A DNA stretch of 63,994 nt, the filler included, from Reclinomonas americana ATCC 50394 (lineage: Eukaryota): the NCBI GenBank assembly GCA_048213135.1. It is 5 parts of 3 records of this genome, joined end to end, with 100 filler letters (N's around TTAATTAATTAA, not from the genome) between each part and the next. Parts side by side here need not be neighbours in the genome. Positions count along the whole stretch, not along the records: positions 60,955 to 62,627 come from PS015196.1; positions 62,728 to 63,994 come from PS015197.1; 3 more parts are not named here. One strand, given 5' to 3'. Made by a program: the position numbers and the translations under genes. The notes beneath the pieces were generated by a model. That model searched no databases. It saw only the letters and a list, made by a program, of their open reading frames with translations, and was not told where the DNA came from. Of this stretch, positions 62,588 through 63,994 are shown piece by piece (positions within the stretch are counted from its first letter, which is position 1; each line of letters opens with the position of its first letter).

Positions 62588-62671
62588 CTGTGTTGGGAGG
62601 GAGGTGAGGGGGAAGGGAAAGGGGGGGNNNNNNNNNNNNNNNNNNNNNNNNNNNNNNNNNNNNNNNNNNNN

Positions 62672-62683
62672 TTAATTAATTAA
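62672..62683. other. Artificial scaffold linker
   Basis: TTAATTAATTAA in an N block. Confidence 0.95.
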
Positions 62684-62727
62684 NNNNNNNNNNNNNNNNN
62701 NNNNNNNNNNNNNNNNNNNNNNNNNNN

Positions 62728-63781
62728 AAAAGGAGACACAAGGTACGCCCGTCAGTGCTATCTATGAGACGTGAATGATGTGTGCGTTTCAAAACTGCAT
62801 GGTTCTCAACCACAGCGCCACAAGAGTAGCCCTGCGAAGTTGGGCATCAACGAACAACTGATGCTGGCAAGAATGCTTGTTGCGTGTTATTGTCACCTCT
62901 CTGCTCGGCTCCTCACTCCCACTCACCCACCGCACATGCGAACAGGCATGCAACAAGAAGAAGATACTGGCGAAGGCATTCGGCCTCATGGCACCAGTGG
63001 TGCTGGAATCCACAGTTCGCCATTATCAGCGCGTTCTCTTCCAGCTTGCCTCTGACGAATGCGAACTTCCGTCGGAGGGACCTGGCTGTCCATCATCCGC
63101 TGTCATGTCTGCATTTGTCAAGAGTCTTGCCAAAAGTGCCAACACGGCACGCAGCGAGACGCCCAAGTCAGTGGAGGGAGTGCTGGCGAGCGTGAGCAAG
63201 TACATCGAGGTAAGTGTTAACGCCATGTCGCCTCCGATCGTGACGAGCTGTTGACTGACTTGAGTTCAATATATTCGCGCGGGATCATCAGAAGAGCGGT
63301 CTTCGAGGAGCCGAGTTGCTGGATGCCGTCGAGAGACCACTGGTTGTGATTGACGAACGTGGCTACTCTGAGGCATGTATCCGGATGTGTGGTTCTGTGA
63401 ATTGATGTTAGCTTGCTCACTTTGCGTACTCTCGAGTGATAGGAAACAGCCAAGTTGTGGAAGGGAGGCACTCCAAATGTTCTGTTGCCATTCGTCACGC
63501 AGGCCATGCATCTGCTCCACGATTGCCCAGGTCTGCTGGGCACGGTGCTTCGAAACGGTCGTCTTTCGACAGCGGAGATTGAGCGTGCTGGTGAGTGCTC
63601 CAACGGCAACAATCTGAGTGCACCTGGTATTGTTTCATGACGTGCCAACATCAGCGTTGACTCGCTTGATGCAGTGCTGGATGACGAGAAGCCGGTGAAG
63701 ATGGAGGTGGTGAAGAAAAAGGAGGAGGAGGAGGAGGAGGTGGAGGTGGAGGAGGGGGACGACGAGGACGAGGATATGTAG
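62728..63781 (+). CDS. C-terminal exons of a hypothetical protein with an acidic tail
   Basis: Phase-consistent exons RHKSSPAK..., ACNKKKILAKAF..., KSGLRGAELL... and ...EEGDDEDEDM*. Confidence 0.65.
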
Positions 63782-63994
63782 AACAAGCAATTCAAGGTGG
63801 CGGTAGAGGAGGAATGGATGTGGAGAGGAAGACACTGCCGTGGATGGAAGACGGTAGATTTGCACCGGTGCGTGGTGAGTGAGTGAGAGTCTGGCAGAAG
63901 GGGGAAAGAGAGAGGGGAGAAATTTCGCTGGGCAAACATCACATGCGAGTTGTATGCGAGATCAATAGAGCTTGTCGAAAGAGAAGAAGAAGAA

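Noticed and set aside
60827-62627. Fusion of the 59985 gene with the dehydrogenase after flipping the contig
   Set aside because: The donor is phase 1 but the dehydrogenase acceptor needs phase 2, and the N-terminal Rossmann half is missing, so real sequence is lost in that gap.
63365-63450. Possible GC-AG intron (GAG/GCATGT)
   Set aside because: A canonical GT donor 4 nt downstream, paired with the AACAG acceptor, keeps the frame.
1-63994. Alternative genetic code, tRNA/rRNA genes, transposases
   Set aside because: Conserved genes translate with the standard code once introns are removed, and no RNA-gene or transposase signatures were recognisable by eye.

Overview
Gene-dense, intron-rich, GC-rich eukaryotic (protist-like) draft scaffold. 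About 22 spliced protein-coding genes are packed with very short intergenic distances, and I found no rRNA, tRNA, CRISPR or transposon signal. Recognisable genes are INTS4, NDUFA5, NUP35, a SAPS/PP6-regulatory subunit, PPP5C, NAGK, a PPR protein, an ICMT/Ste14-family methyltransferase, a bacterial-type 3-hydroxybutyrate dehydrogenase, a TRIM37-type RING protein, and VWA, WD40 and multi-PH proteins. The key structural observation is that at least seven small contigs lying between N-gaps are reverse-complemented in place. Once flipped they abut their neighbours with zero missing bases and restore six reading frames. This repair reveals a very large WD40-FN3-BAR-like-PH-like-ankyrin protein, the most unusual architecture here. 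TTAATTAATTAA inside the gaps is an artificial linker. All gene models and family calls are by-eye readings; no database search was run.
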